Virus record (IMG/VR): IMGVR_UViG_3300031746_000001
Origin: a virus
Length of the DNA: 64,000 bases
Direction: 5' to 3' (one strand)
Shown here: positions 52,685 to 62,244 of the stretch, in pieces
Layout: the number at the start of each line of letters is the position of its first letter
How positions within the stretch are numbered: position 1 is the stretch's first letter
The notes under the pieces: generated by a model
What the model was told of the DNA's origin: nothing
The model's input: the letters and a program-made list of their open reading frames with translations, nothing else
Databases searched by the model: none
Made by a program: the position numbers and the translations under genes

Positions 52685-53965
52685 CTATGGCTTCGGGGGA
52701 CCGTATTGTGGACGGTTCTCCGCAGAGATTGACTCCATCCAGGATGGCCTTGAAAGGATATGAACCCGGCTCTTAAAACCGCTCTTGGCAAGAGTATGCT
52801 CAATATTCCAAACCTGCCAGATGCCCTTTGTCCCACCGATAAAGTTATTCCCGATCATTAACCCGACCTTATCCCCAACCTGAAGGTTGGGAAGGGTCGG
52901 AATGGTCACCTTGACATTAAAAACAAGCCCGGCCTCCCCAAATTTCTGTGCGTTCTCGTCGCTTATTTTAAGTCCTGCATTATTGCGAATCGGGGATCCA
53001 GAAACCCTTATCCGAGCCGCCCGAGCTGTCGCGGCGTCTTTTTTAGCTTGGAGTAAAGTTCCCATCTCCTCGGAAATGTCGCTCGGTCCTTTAAGCATCG
53101 CGAACGCCCGGGTGTGGAAGTTCCAGTTCGTCTCGGCCTCAAAGTCTTCAATCGGCAACACAGGAGGATCGGCCTGCAGATTAATCGGCCTTCCCCAAAC
53201 GAACTCAACTTCCGGCTTCGGGATGGATTGATCTTTTTTGGATGGACGGTTAATGATCCGAAGAACGGGATTATCATCCTCTTTTTCTCCGGGTGAAATA
53301 GTATAATCGAGAGTCGAAGCAAACGTCGTAAGGAAGTTATTCATTAACGACTTAATAGTAGTCGAACCCGCTGGATAATTTCTTGGACTGATGGTTATCG
53401 TATTCGACAGGATTCCACTGTCGGCGTCTCTAAATATCGCATCTACTTTGAACATCTCGGCGATCTCCATAATACAATCATCAATCCGCTTCTCTCCCTC
53501 AAGAACCAATCCCTCATCAAGCATAATACCATCCCCCATATAGGCGAACTTAAATCCGATGTCCGGATTCAATCCAAGACTTCCAGTGGGGTGAGTGGCA
53601 AAGGCCGTAAAAGGCTTCGTAGCGGCGTTCGGGCTCGTCCCCCGATAGCCGAAGCGGATTTTGATCCCAGTCATGTATTTCCACCACGTGTCATTGTCGG
53701 TCATGAACTTCTGGGTCGTTGCGATATCTGGTCGGAGGGAAATGGACCCATCAAATATCCCCCCATATAGGCCGTCCGAGAACCTATAATTTACACGAAT
53801 TTCATCGATGAACTTCCGGAATGAAGGAAAATCATCTTTTCCTACGTTCCACCGTTCCTCGTTTTTGAACCTCCGGGGAGAATCAACCGCCTCGTTGTTC
53901 CCGATCACGGGACGGAGGAAACTAACCTCCCAGAAAGGCGTAGTGAAGTCGTAGTCAATCTTCAT
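52685..53965 (-). CDS. baseplate hub protein (gp27/gpD-like)
   Basis: IRFGY, P.LQVGD.V, W.V..IEH....GF. Confidence 0.65.
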   Translation of the reverse strand: MKIDYDFTTPFWEVSFLRPVIGNNEAVDSPRRFKNEERWNVGKDDFPSFRKFIDEIRVNYRFSDGLYGGIFDGSISLRPDIATTQKFMTDNDTWWKYMTGIKIRFGYRGTSPNAATKPFTAFATHPTGSLGLNPDIGFKFAYMGDGIMLDEGLVLEGEKRIDDCIMEIAEMFKVDAIFRDADSGILSNTITISPRNYPAGSTTIKSLMNNFLTTFASTLDYTISPGEKEDDNPVLRIINRPSKKDQSIPKPEVEFVWGRPINLQADPPVLPIEDFEAETNWNFHTRAFAMLKGPSDISEEMGTLLQAKKDAATARAARIRVSGSPIRNNAGLKISDENAQKFGEAGLVFNVKVTIPTLPNLQVGDKVGLMIGNNFIGGTKGIWQVWNIEHTLAKSGFKSRVHILSRPSWMESISAENRPQYGPPKP

Positions 53966-54249
53966 AATGCCCCGAACTTCTCAAAGGACGGGATCCGCAG
54001 AAGATCTCCTGGTTGCAAATCGGTCACCGGAAGCTGAATCCTGTTTAGCGATGCGATCACCCACCAGCCGTGGACGGTCCCGTAGGCCCGGCTTGCGATA
54101 TAGTCGAGCCGGTCTCCTCCGGTGAAGGCCAGGAAGAGATCGTCCGTATTCCCGGCCACGTCGACGAAGTCTGCATCCCAGAAGGCCACGCCCCCCTCCG
54201 TCATGTAGGTCGCCTTGTTAAGCCTGGATCCGAAGGGCATGGACTTCAT
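53962..54249 (-). CDS. LysM-like baseplate protein (gpX/gp53-like)
   Basis: GDRLD.IA..YG....WWVIA..N...PG..LRIP. Confidence 0.8.
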   Translation of the reverse strand: MKSMPFGSRLNKATYMTEGGVAFWDADFVDVAGNTDDLFLAFTGGDRLDYIASRAYGTVHGWWVIASLNRIQLPVTDLQPGDLLRIPSFEKFGAL

Positions 54250-55571
54250 GCTTCCTCCACGCTCCGCAGTAGATCGTCATCGAAATAGCCGAGCTTCTTG
54301 AGCCGCTCACCGGCGTAGGTCACCCGCATGCCGATATCGTTCCGGTAGTGGCCATCGTTCACCTTGACGTAATCGAAAGCATCGAGCGCATTTCGCCGGG
54401 CCACCGGAAGCCTCTCATCTACCCCGTTCGAGCAGAGAATCCGCCCCATGCCGGGAAGGACTTTGTAGATCCCGTCCTCGAGGACGAGTCCGAAGGGTTG
54501 TATGTCACACCCGTTCTCCTCGGCCTCCGGAATCCCGTTCACGACCTCCCAGTCGTATTGCTCGAAGCACTCATCGAAGGGATAAGACCCGATGTTGAGA
54601 GTCACCCCGACCGCCCAACCCCTCATGATCTGGGGGCTGATATCTTTCTCCCCGAAGGCGCACTTCATGAGCAGATCTCCGACCCCGTCCTTATGGAGGG
54701 CCATCTGGATGAGGAGCAGGGGATACCCGAACCGTGCCGTGAACTCTATCCCGAAAATCCCGTCCTCGTTCACGATCGCATTGATATCAAAGTAGCCCCG
54801 GAAGCGATCGCCCTCAGCTAGAATCCCCTCGAGCTTTGCCAGGGTCTCGTCGAAGAACTTACCGCCCATCACGTACCGGAGGCTGGTCCCCATCTCCCCC
54901 GTGAGGGCCCCCTGCCCTCCGGCCACGAGCCTCTTCTCCTCGAAGTTTAGGCAGAGAGGTTGGATGAACTTCTTGCCGTCGAAGAATCCCCCGATCGCCA
55001 TCTCCACACCTTCGATCTTCTCCTCGAGGATAAGCTCGGCCTTGTCCCCGGCCTTCTCCTTCACTTTTTCAAGGTAATCAAGCGTGTCCTGCGGTGCCCT
55101 CCCAACATACGTCCCCTTAGCCATCATCTCGGAAACCTTGACGCAGTAGCCCACTTTGCCGTTCTGGACGGTCTGGATGGCCTTTTTGACGTCCTGGAAG
55201 GCTTCTGAGTGGGGTGTCTGGATCCCTGCGTCCCGCATTACCTGCTTCCCGACCTTCCGGTCGAGTTCTAGCCGGGCGACCCCCGCCCCGGCCCCAAAGA
55301 CCTTGATCCCGTCTTCCCGGAGGCCGTCCACGTCCTGACCGAAGCCGACGTCCGTGGAAACCACGCAGTCTACCGACTTGGCGATGTCGAGAAAACCTTC
55401 CACCTTCTTGACCCCCCACTCTTCGAAGAGGCCCTTTCCGTAGGTCGTCTCGTAAATCTCCGGGTGAGCCCGGGCCCAGTTCACCCAGTAGAAGACCTTG
55501 TGGCCTTCATCCCGAAGCCTCCTGGCGAGCGCCATCGCCAGGGCCGTGTCCATGATCAGAAAGCTAGCCAT
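54246..55571 (-). CDS. PurD-like (GAR synthetase family) ATP-grasp ligase
   Basis: LELDR, EEKIEGVE, EEKR..AG.QG.LTGEMG, IEFTARFGYP, YR.DIG. Confidence 0.85.
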   Translation of the reverse strand: MASFLIMDTALAMALARRLRDEGHKVFYWVNWARAHPEIYETTYGKGLFEEWGVKKVEGFLDIAKSVDCVVSTDVGFGQDVDGLREDGIKVFGAGAGVARLELDRKVGKQVMRDAGIQTPHSEAFQDVKKAIQTVQNGKVGYCVKVSEMMAKGTYVGRAPQDTLDYLEKVKEKAGDKAELILEEKIEGVEMAIGGFFDGKKFIQPLCLNFEEKRLVAGGQGALTGEMGTSLRYVMGGKFFDETLAKLEGILAEGDRFRGYFDINAIVNEDGIFGIEFTARFGYPLLLIQMALHKDGVGDLLMKCAFGEKDISPQIMRGWAVGVTLNIGSYPFDECFEQYDWEVVNGIPEAEENGCDIQPFGLVLEDGIYKVLPGMGRILCSNGVDERLPVARRNALDAFDYVKVNDGHYRNDIGMRVTYAGERLKKLGYFDDDLLRSVEEA

Positions 55572-56011
55572 CAGAAATCAAAAAGTTTTGTTATCTTCGA
55601 GTACAAGTTAACTATTTCAACGACAACAAGGTGAACCGTTCGAGAAACAATGGAAGCCACAGCGGAAACAGATACTGAGAGCACCTGAACGAATATCCGG
55701 GCGGTCCTCAAAACCGGAATGGCTACCTCCGAAACGCTCAGCTCCTTCGATATCAATCTTTGGATGCGAGATACCGATACGGAGATGGCCCCCAGGACTT
55801 TCTGCACGAACCGACTGAGGGTGGCCTGGACAGACGAAACAGCTAATAAAGACTTCCCGGTCATCCGCCTGATCGTAGTAATGGACGTCTCGACCACCAT
55901 CATGGACTTTAAAATCCCACGATGGATGGATGGAACACTCACCTCCGTGACGGCCAAAAGTTTCCGAATTACTTCCGGCCACCACATCATGTCTATGAGC
56001 GGATGGATCAT
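55571..56011 (-). CDS. virion protein with about 18-aa repeats
   Basis: K-x-L-x-V...I-x-R period of about 18. Confidence 0.55.
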   Translation of the reverse strand: MIHPLIDMMWWPEVIRKLLAVTEVSVPSIHRGILKSMMVVETSITTIRRMTGKSLLAVSSVQATLSRFVQKVLGAISVSVSRIQRLISKELSVSEVAIPVLRTARIFVQVLSVSVSAVASIVSRTVHLVVVEIVNLYSKITKLFDF

Positions 56012-56487
56012 CTAAACGTAACATACCTTATGAAATCCAAAAGCTTCTTTCCTACCCTTTCCCCGAACGTCCCGGGGGTCTGGTGGGACGAGACCATCTG
56101 GTCCCAGACCCCCGATGCAGTTATCGCTTCAACGACAGTAGCCTGAGAGGAAACCCGGAACACAGCCTCGACATTCCCACTATCCGGCAGAACCATTAGC
56201 GGGCTCTCATCGTCCGTGATTATCGTCCCCGTAATCAAGATCTGGTAGTTTCCAGACCAGGGCTTGATCTTCCATCCATCCGATGCGTTGATGATGAAGA
56301 TCGAGTCGGAATAGACCCCGCCTCCCATCCCAAACCTCCCCACCGCAGACATCGGAGGGCCAAAAACCAAGTTAGAGAGCTCATCCCCCCAATCCATCGC
56401 CTCGCTGTATATCTCGAGAGCCGAGATATTGGTCGTCGGCGACGTGATCTTAATCCACTTATTGTAAGGATCGAACTCGACACCCAC
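56008..56487 (-). CDS. virion structural protein
   Basis: FD..N..I.I, Y....DW, GW.I.P; ends GTFGE. Confidence 0.65.
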   Translation of the reverse strand: MGVEFDPYNKWIKITSPTTNISALEIYSEAMDWGDELSNLVFGPPMSAVGRFGMGGGVYSDSIFIINASDGWKIKPWSGNYQILITGTIITDDESPLMVLPDSGNVEAVFRVSSQATVVEAITASGVWDQMVSSHQTPGTFGERVGKKLLDFIRYVTFR

Positions 56488-56492
56488 AAGCC

Positions 56493-56681
56493 CTATCCCT
56501 TTCCGACCAGAGCCTTCTGCTCCTCTTCGTATTTCTCATGCTGAAGGATATAACCCTCCATGAGCTTCTTACGCTCCTCCTCCTGCACGATGGCCTTCCG
56601 GAAAGCCTCAATGTTCTTCTCGCATTGGGACACGGCTTTATACAGAGCAGACAACTCGTAGGTCGGTTTCTCTGTTGCCAT
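56493..56681 (-). CDS. small coiled-coil protein
   Basis: Heptad pattern. Confidence 0.55.
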   Translation of the reverse strand: MATEKPTYELSALYKAVSQCEKNIEAFRKAIVQEEERKKLMEGYILQHEKYEEEQKALVGKG

Positions 56682-56682
56682 G

Positions 56683-59127
56683 TTAGGTGACAATCCCGTC
56701 CGGAGTCCTGATGGCCGTGGCGGCATATCCGGTTAACCCGATGGACCCTTTCGTCCGGAACGGGAGGATACTGTCCCCGGGCGGCGTTAGCCCGTCATAG
56801 CGCCTTACGACTGCCATCACAGTTCTCGCCGCCGTATACGTCACCTGAACCGTCACGGAAGTTCCAGCGGCCGCCTCGTCGATGTAAGGAACGTAAGCAG
56901 TGTCATCGGAGTCATACGCCTGAGTCGTTGACTCATCGAGAACAAAGGTGCTATACGTTGGCTGGTCAGTGTTGTTCCAGCTCGTGTAGTGATACCTTTG
57001 CTCCGCCGTAATCACCCCACCAGTCTTCTGACAGACCCGGATATACCCCTCCAACGGAGTGTCGTTCGGGATGGCCTCGACCACTCTTACATAGGTCTGA
57101 GCAGTGATCTGACCGTAGCAGGTGAACTGGCTCTTGTCGATGATGTAGTTGTCCCCGGTCGTCTCGAACACAGCGACCTTGTCTCCCGCAACAACAGAAC
57201 CAACAACGATGTTGACCATGTTCGGCGGGTTCCTTACTTCTCCATCGGCATCGGTCAGGGAGTAGTTCTTGATGTCCCCAGAGTCCATATCCTCGATCCA
57301 GACACCTCTCGCACCGAAGTAGACACCCCCAGCGAACGCACCGAGAGGAGAAGCCTTGACGGGCGAATAACCCGGGAACGTGATGACGTATTCTGCGCCA
57401 TCCTGGGGTGCCGAACACGAAGCCCCAGTCGTTGTCCCAGCTCCAGTTCCCGAAGTGATTGTGATGGCTTCGACCTGATCGAACAGGTCATCGGAGGCTG
57501 GAACCCCGGTGCAGGCGTCCATCTTGACGTACCACTTCCGGGTGCTGTTGTTGTAAGACAACAGCTTGCCGCTGTCGGTGGTGCTTCCACCTACGACTGC
57601 CTTTCCGACATCCGACTCCACGCAGGAGACATAGCCTCCAGCCGCAAATTCCAAGATGCGGATCGAACTGTTGTAGTTGTAGAGCGCAAAGGTCTGTGCT
57701 TCTCGAGTGATATACTTCAGGTAATTGTAGAAGTCGAGAAGCAGGTCGCCATTCAGATCGATCACCACGTTATACGGAAAGGCTGTCCCCAGAGGGTAAG
57801 CCTTGTTCACCGTCGTGACAGTCGGGTCCAGCGTTCCATTGGCATCCGCAGAACCCGTACCGGTGTCCGTGATGAGCTCGTTATCCTGGAACGTCCCGAT
57901 GACGTTTCCAAGAACAAGCGTTCCAGTCACCCCAGCATCCGTGATAGCCAGGATGACCCCGGTAGCCCCGGATGTCCCGCCAGTCACGGTCAGGCCAACG
58001 GCAAAGTTTCCAGTCTCTGCGTTGTAGTCCAGCTCTCCGGAGACCGTGTAGACCAGGATCTTCCCGGAGCCGCCGTAGCCAGCGACCACGTTGACGAAGG
58101 CGGTAGAAGCATCGTTTGTGGTCTGGTCGCCCGTGTCCCCCGACGCAAGACCATTGGTCGTCTCCTTCAGGGTCTCGGAAGTCTGGAACGTCCCCTTGAC
58201 CGTTCCGAGATAGAACCTATTCGGAGTATCGGCAGTGGCCATGAGCTCCCCGTAAGCTCCACTCGTCACGCCGCGAACGAAGTTCCCTACGACAAATCCT
58301 GTCGTAGCGGCGGGAATCAGGTAAAGCTCCGACTGCGTGAGCCCATCGTCGTTGTTAAGGTCGGTCGCCGTCGCCAAAGGCACGGCGTTACGACCACCAG
58401 CAGACAGGTCGATCTCGTAATGATCGAACAAGTCTCCATACTGGCGGTTGAAGACCGCGACAACCCCGCCGGCGATCTCCGACCCAGACTCCTTGACCTT
58501 GAGGAGCACGTCGATGTGTCCCCTCGGCCACCACCCCGCCAGGAGTTCGTCATACTGGTAGACGTAGATCAACGCATAGGGATTCGTTGCGATCGTTCCA
58601 AGCGTGTAGATGTTCGACCACAGGTCTTCCCCAGACGTGCTCGGCCCAATCGTAGTCCCTGCGCCTGTCCCAGGCCCGGTGATGCCCTCAGCAACATCGA
58701 ACAGGTCATCTGCGGCATCCATCCGGACCCACCACTCCCTCGTGGTGTTGTTGTAATCCACCAAGACACCAGTGTCCCCGGTGCTACCCCCAAGAACGAC
58801 ATCACCGATATCGCCAGCAACGCAGGGCGTGTAAGCCGTGGCGGACATCTTGAGAATCCGGACAGCCCCGCTATAACCATCCGTCGTGATGGCTCCAGTC
58901 TTGAGGAACTGGAAGGACGCATCGTCCATGAACCATCCATTGATGAGCTTATAGTCATAGGGCGTCTGGGCGGACATCGGCACATCGTCGTCCATCTGCG
59001 CCTGCTCATCGAACTCATCCATCAACCATGAGTAGAAGGCATTTGCAGTATAGACGGTCGAGCCAGAAAAGTGTCTAATTCTCTTCTGGGTATAGCTTTC
59101 GACATGGAAATCGTCGTAGATAGCCAT
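56683..59127 (-). CDS. large virion structural protein with internal duplicated modules
   Basis: Two copies of RIL...CV..D.G..V.GGST...YNN.TR.W.V.MD and two of F.VG..V.G.TSGA.G. Confidence 0.75.
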   Translation of the reverse strand: MAIYDDFHVESYTQKRIRHFSGSTVYTANAFYSWLMDEFDEQAQMDDDVPMSAQTPYDYKLINGWFMDDASFQFLKTGAITTDGYSGAVRILKMSATAYTPCVAGDIGDVVLGGSTGDTGVLVDYNNTTREWWVRMDAADDLFDVAEGITGPGTGAGTTIGPSTSGEDLWSNIYTLGTIATNPYALIYVYQYDELLAGWWPRGHIDVLLKVKESGSEIAGGVVAVFNRQYGDLFDHYEIDLSAGGRNAVPLATATDLNNDDGLTQSELYLIPAATTGFVVGNFVRGVTSGAYGELMATADTPNRFYLGTVKGTFQTSETLKETTNGLASGDTGDQTTNDASTAFVNVVAGYGGSGKILVYTVSGELDYNAETGNFAVGLTVTGGTSGATGVILAITDAGVTGTLVLGNVIGTFQDNELITDTGTGSADANGTLDPTVTTVNKAYPLGTAFPYNVVIDLNGDLLLDFYNYLKYITREAQTFALYNYNSSIRILEFAAGGYVSCVESDVGKAVVGGSTTDSGKLLSYNNSTRKWYVKMDACTGVPASDDLFDQVEAITITSGTGAGTTTGASCSAPQDGAEYVITFPGYSPVKASPLGAFAGGVYFGARGVWIEDMDSGDIKNYSLTDADGEVRNPPNMVNIVVGSVVAGDKVAVFETTGDNYIIDKSQFTCYGQITAQTYVRVVEAIPNDTPLEGYIRVCQKTGGVITAEQRYHYTSWNNTDQPTYSTFVLDESTTQAYDSDDTAYVPYIDEAAAGTSVTVQVTYTAARTVMAVVRRYDGLTPPGDSILPFRTKGSIGLTGYAATAIRTPDGIVT

Positions 59128-59129
59128 CG

Positions 59130-59363
59130 CTACTTACTCCCTTTCTTCCTTTTGATTTCAAGCCTCTCCCTTGCCACCACAGACGGAGGCAGGTCCATCA
59201 CCTCCGGGCAAGACTTTCCGGTGAGAACTCCACCATACTTGATCCTCTCTTCATCGGAAAGCCATCCTTGCTTCCGAACGAGAAACCCCCTGTCCTCCTC
59301 GGAGAGCTCCTCCATCGGCTTGGCGAGGATGGACTTCATCCGTGAGATGTTTCCACTTGGCAT
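59130..59363 (-). CDS. hypothetical protein
   Basis: AAGGAG SD. Confidence 0.55.
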   Translation of the reverse strand: MPSGNISRMKSILAKPMEELSEEDRGFLVRKQGWLSDEERIKYGGVLTGKSCPEVMDLPPSVVARERLEIKRKKGSK

Positions 59364-59384
59364 TTCTTCTCCTTTAAGTTAACT

Positions 59385-60950
59385 TTACACTGAATAGTTC
59401 GGATCTACCTGCCAAACAGCCGTGACATCCAGACCAGTAGAAGGTATCGTCACAGTCGTTTCAAACGGCAGATAACCCTTTTCTCGTGCTTTTACCTTCA
59501 CAGCTATTCCTGTCACCGTATACGATACCGATGCCTTATAATATCCGGGGTTCTGGTCATCGGCTGTTGACGCATTAGCATTCATAAGTTCGGTCCCATC
59601 AGACACCTTGTAAATAGCACATCTGACATATTCCGAAGGCTCACTTCCGGTTTTCACATGCCGGACAACCAACGTAACGGATGTCTGAAAGGTAATCGTA
59701 TCCCCGGCAGGGTCGTATGACGAGGGTGCTGGACTACAGTATTGGTCATAGTTGACAGTAATCGCACTTCCATAGTTACTATATCCATCATAAGTGTTCC
59801 CCAGGAAATCCAAATTACTGAACGTGAATGGCCCAGCAACCGTAATATGAATCGCCCTCGGACATGAGATGAACGAGCAATCCGTAATATTATGCGAAGT
59901 GCTACTCATCCGAATCGCAGAAGACGTCGAACTGATAAAATTGCAGTTCTTGACCACTCCGGTGGAGGGTATCATCTCCGCACCGGCAATGAAGTTCGAG
60001 TTCAAAAACTCCTGGTTGGCGTTATAAGCTTGCCCCTCAATGGTGTCCGCATAAACAAAGGTGCATCCATAAAATCCGAACTTCGTTATATTCGTATCGG
60101 TCATTGTCAGCTTCCACTTTGAAGTAGACGGAGCACGAACAAAGCAACCACCAATCCCCGCCGTCCCAGACTTAGACCCGAAGTATATTTCTGTCGCTCC
60201 CGTTCCGTTCCCTTGCCCTTTTATCTCGTAAAAGCCAGTCGGGTTGCCCTTCATTGATTTGAATTGAACTACCTGATTTGAGCCCTTAAAATATGTAGCG
60301 GAAGTTCCACTTCCATCCCCCATGCGGAGTATCCCCTGAACAAAGTAGGCTCCATTATACTTTTCAACCACTCCATAGGCGAAGGTAGCCTCTGCTGTAA
60401 CAAAGTCCTCAAATGTCGCCGGAGCCCCGGAAGTTCCGGCCTTGATGTCCAAGCCGTATCCGTACCTCACAGCATCCCAGTAAATATAAACCTTTGCAGA
60501 GACTGTATCGCATCGCCAGTCCACATATCGCACAGCAGTCAAAATCAATGTTCCACTCGTCGTGTCGGGTGTCACGCTCGTATGCAGAGCCCACGGTATC
60601 CATCCCCCATGCGGTAGCGTGGATGCCGTGAACATATTCCACTCGCTATAATTTCCGGAAGTATCGGTCAACCTAATCCTCATCGGGTTTGCTCCATAAT
60701 TTTTCTTACTGAAAGCAAACCAAAAAAGAACCATCTTTCCGGACAGGCTTGTTCCGCCTGCACCCAAATCCCAGCGTGCTCCTCTGTTAGCAGAGGATGC
60801 CTTATAATCCCCAAGGCAATAAGTTCCTTCTATAGCATCAAAGACTGATGTATCATTTTGAGCCTGTGTGCCAGTCCCAACATTAGTCCAACCCGTAGTG
60901 GACTCACACATACTGATGTCGGTCATATTTGCAGTTACTGTTCCAGCCAT
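59385..60950 (-). CDS. virion protein with beta-helix-like region
   Basis: Repeated NCNF/DCSF-like rungs; C-terminal K.REKGY.PF; lower GC. Confidence 0.65.
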   Translation of the reverse strand: MAGTVTANMTDISMCESTTGWTNVGTGTQAQNDTSVFDAIEGTYCLGDYKASSANRGARWDLGAGGTSLSGKMVLFWFAFSKKNYGANPMRIRLTDTSGNYSEWNMFTASTLPHGGWIPWALHTSVTPDTTSGTLILTAVRYVDWRCDTVSAKVYIYWDAVRYGYGLDIKAGTSGAPATFEDFVTAEATFAYGVVEKYNGAYFVQGILRMGDGSGTSATYFKGSNQVVQFKSMKGNPTGFYEIKGQGNGTGATEIYFGSKSGTAGIGGCFVRAPSTSKWKLTMTDTNITKFGFYGCTFVYADTIEGQAYNANQEFLNSNFIAGAEMIPSTGVVKNCNFISSTSSAIRMSSTSHNITDCSFISCPRAIHITVAGPFTFSNLDFLGNTYDGYSNYGSAITVNYDQYCSPAPSSYDPAGDTITFQTSVTLVVRHVKTGSEPSEYVRCAIYKVSDGTELMNANASTADDQNPGYYKASVSYTVTGIAVKVKAREKGYLPFETTVTIPSTGLDVTAVWQVDPNYSV

Positions 60951-60953
60951 AAC

Positions 60954-61301
60954 TTATGAATACACCACTGTGGTTGCTCTGTCGTCCCAGACGTTATCAA
61001 AGTTCTCGTTCCCATCAGCCCAAAGCACCGTAGTCACCGCCCCGGAGACAATCATCTTTCTAAGCCTCCAAGATGACGCACTTCCAGCCGTCCCGGTAGG
61101 AGCCTCGCCGATATAGGTCACGTCACTACTGGCTTCATCAACCCTCATCGCAAGACCTGCGTAGGGATCAAGACCATTCGGGCGGACTCCGATGATAAAT
61201 TGCTCGTGAACCTCGTTCCCGGAGACGTCCCGAACATTCGTCCGGGTTTTCTTCCCCGCCCCATCGGTAGGAACCTGTATGAATCCGGGGCCTTCAGCCA
61301 T
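60954..61301 (-). CDS. virion protein, hypothetical
   Basis: TYIGEA.G....W...WADG..FD..WD.R. Confidence 0.6.
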   Translation of the reverse strand: MAEGPGFIQVPTDGAGKKTRTNVRDVSGNEVHEQFIIGVRPNGLDPYAGLAMRVDEASSDVTYIGEAPTGTAGSASSWRLRKMIVSGAVTTVLWADGNENFDNVWDDRATTVVYS

Positions 61302-61660
61302 CAGGTAATCTCCAAATCGATCGTGAACTCCATTCGGTCCCCCAAAGATAATGGAACCCCAGTAAAGTCTCCATGAACGACTAGCGTCCCTCCTGCGGCA
61401 AGAGTGAAGTTCCCCGCATTCGTAATCGTCTTTGGGGCATCGGCCTGTAGTATTCCAACCCACCGAATCTTGTTGGTCGCAGGCTGGGACCGGGAAGCCA
61501 CGACCCTAGCCTCGCTCGCTTCGACAAAGAGAGCAAGATCGTTCTTATCCGCCGTCCCAGGACCGGTTCCCCAAGCGATGTATTCAGCCGTGGTCTGAAC
61601 TACTTCGTCCAGCTTATCGACAATCCAATTCTCGCCGACATGCGTCAGAACGGTAGCCAT
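61301..61660 (-). CDS. tail-fibre/baseplate-type small protein
   Basis: YIAWGTG...ITNAG.F...GD...FT; resembles 42326..42811. Confidence 0.65.
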   Translation of the reverse strand: MATVLTHVGENWIVDKLDEVVQTTAEYIAWGTGPGTADKNDLALFVEASEARVVASRSQPATNKIRWVGILQADAPKTITNAGNFTLAAGGTLVVHGDFTGVPLSLGDRMEFTIDLEIT

Positions 61661-61667
61661 AATTCCT

Positions 61668-61823
61668 CTACTTAGAGATTATCCCTAAATCTTCCCACTT
61701 TCCAGTGGAAGCACGATAGACCCTAGCTCTTATCACAGGCTTCTTGACCTTAGCCTTGGCACTTACCGAAAACCTAGGCTTAGATAACAGAAACCGTAAA
61801 AACCTGAAGAATAGCCTCTTCAC
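61668..61823 (-). CDS. 51-aa hypothetical protein (below ORF-track cutoff)
   Basis: MKRLFFRF...IRARVYRASTGKWEDLGIISK fills the gap. Confidence 0.4.
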   Translation of the reverse strand: MKRLFFRFLRFLLSKPRFSVSAKAKVKKPVIRARVYRASTGKWEDLGIISK

Positions 61824-62076
61824 CATAAGCAATCCTATCGTCGGAAAACTTCACGTAAGCCTGCACGACATAATTTCCGAACTCATTCAAATAAGTGGCA
61901 GAGGTTACATCGTAGTAGATAATCCCAGTGACCGGATCTTCCACAGTAGCAGTCTCGGTAACCCGAGATCCGTTCGGCCTCTTAATCACGATCTTTACCT
62001 CCTTCGCCCCGGCGAGACTAACTCCCGTCGTCACCCGAATCCTGAGAGCCGTCTGTCCCACATATACCTTACCCAT
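61780..62076 (-). CDS. BppU-N-like beta-sandwich virion protein
   Basis: KRPNG, GIIYY, G.Y..QAYV. Confidence 0.6.
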   Translation of the reverse strand: MGKVYVGQTALRIRVTTGVSLAGAKEVKIVIKRPNGSRVTETATVEDPVTGIIYYDVTSATYLNEFGNYVVQAYVKFSDDRIAYGEEAILQVFTVSVI

Positions 62077-62239
62077 CGTAGGGAATCCTCGAAGTTAAAA
62101 GAATTTGGCTTGAAATTGTTCCATCAAAGGCAAACCGGATTATTATCATCCCGTCAGAGTCGAAAAGATTAACGATCCCGGAACTCCCATCGAAAACCCG
62201 GTTTACGGACGAGGAAAGGGTCACTACATCTTCAAGCAT
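62069..62239 (-). CDS. small hypothetical protein
   Basis: Fills gap; about 10-aa periodicity. Confidence 0.4.
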   Translation of the reverse strand: MLEDVVTLSSSVNRVFDGSSGIVNLFDSDGMIIIRFAFDGTISSQILLTSRIPYDG

Positions 62240-62244
62240 TGGTC

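Noticed and set aside
54246-55571. Assigning the symbol purD as an auxiliary purine-metabolism gene
   Set aside because: The substrate motifs are altered, two paralogs are present, and the structural-gene context argues against canonical function.
17052-59031. Long plus-strand ORFs (e.g. 17052..18104, 19543..20424, 22569..23615, 24039..25070, 28138..29220, 48569..49597, 56989..59031)
   Set aside because: They are antisense shadows of well-supported minus-strand genes in GC-rich DNA, with no motifs and no SD.
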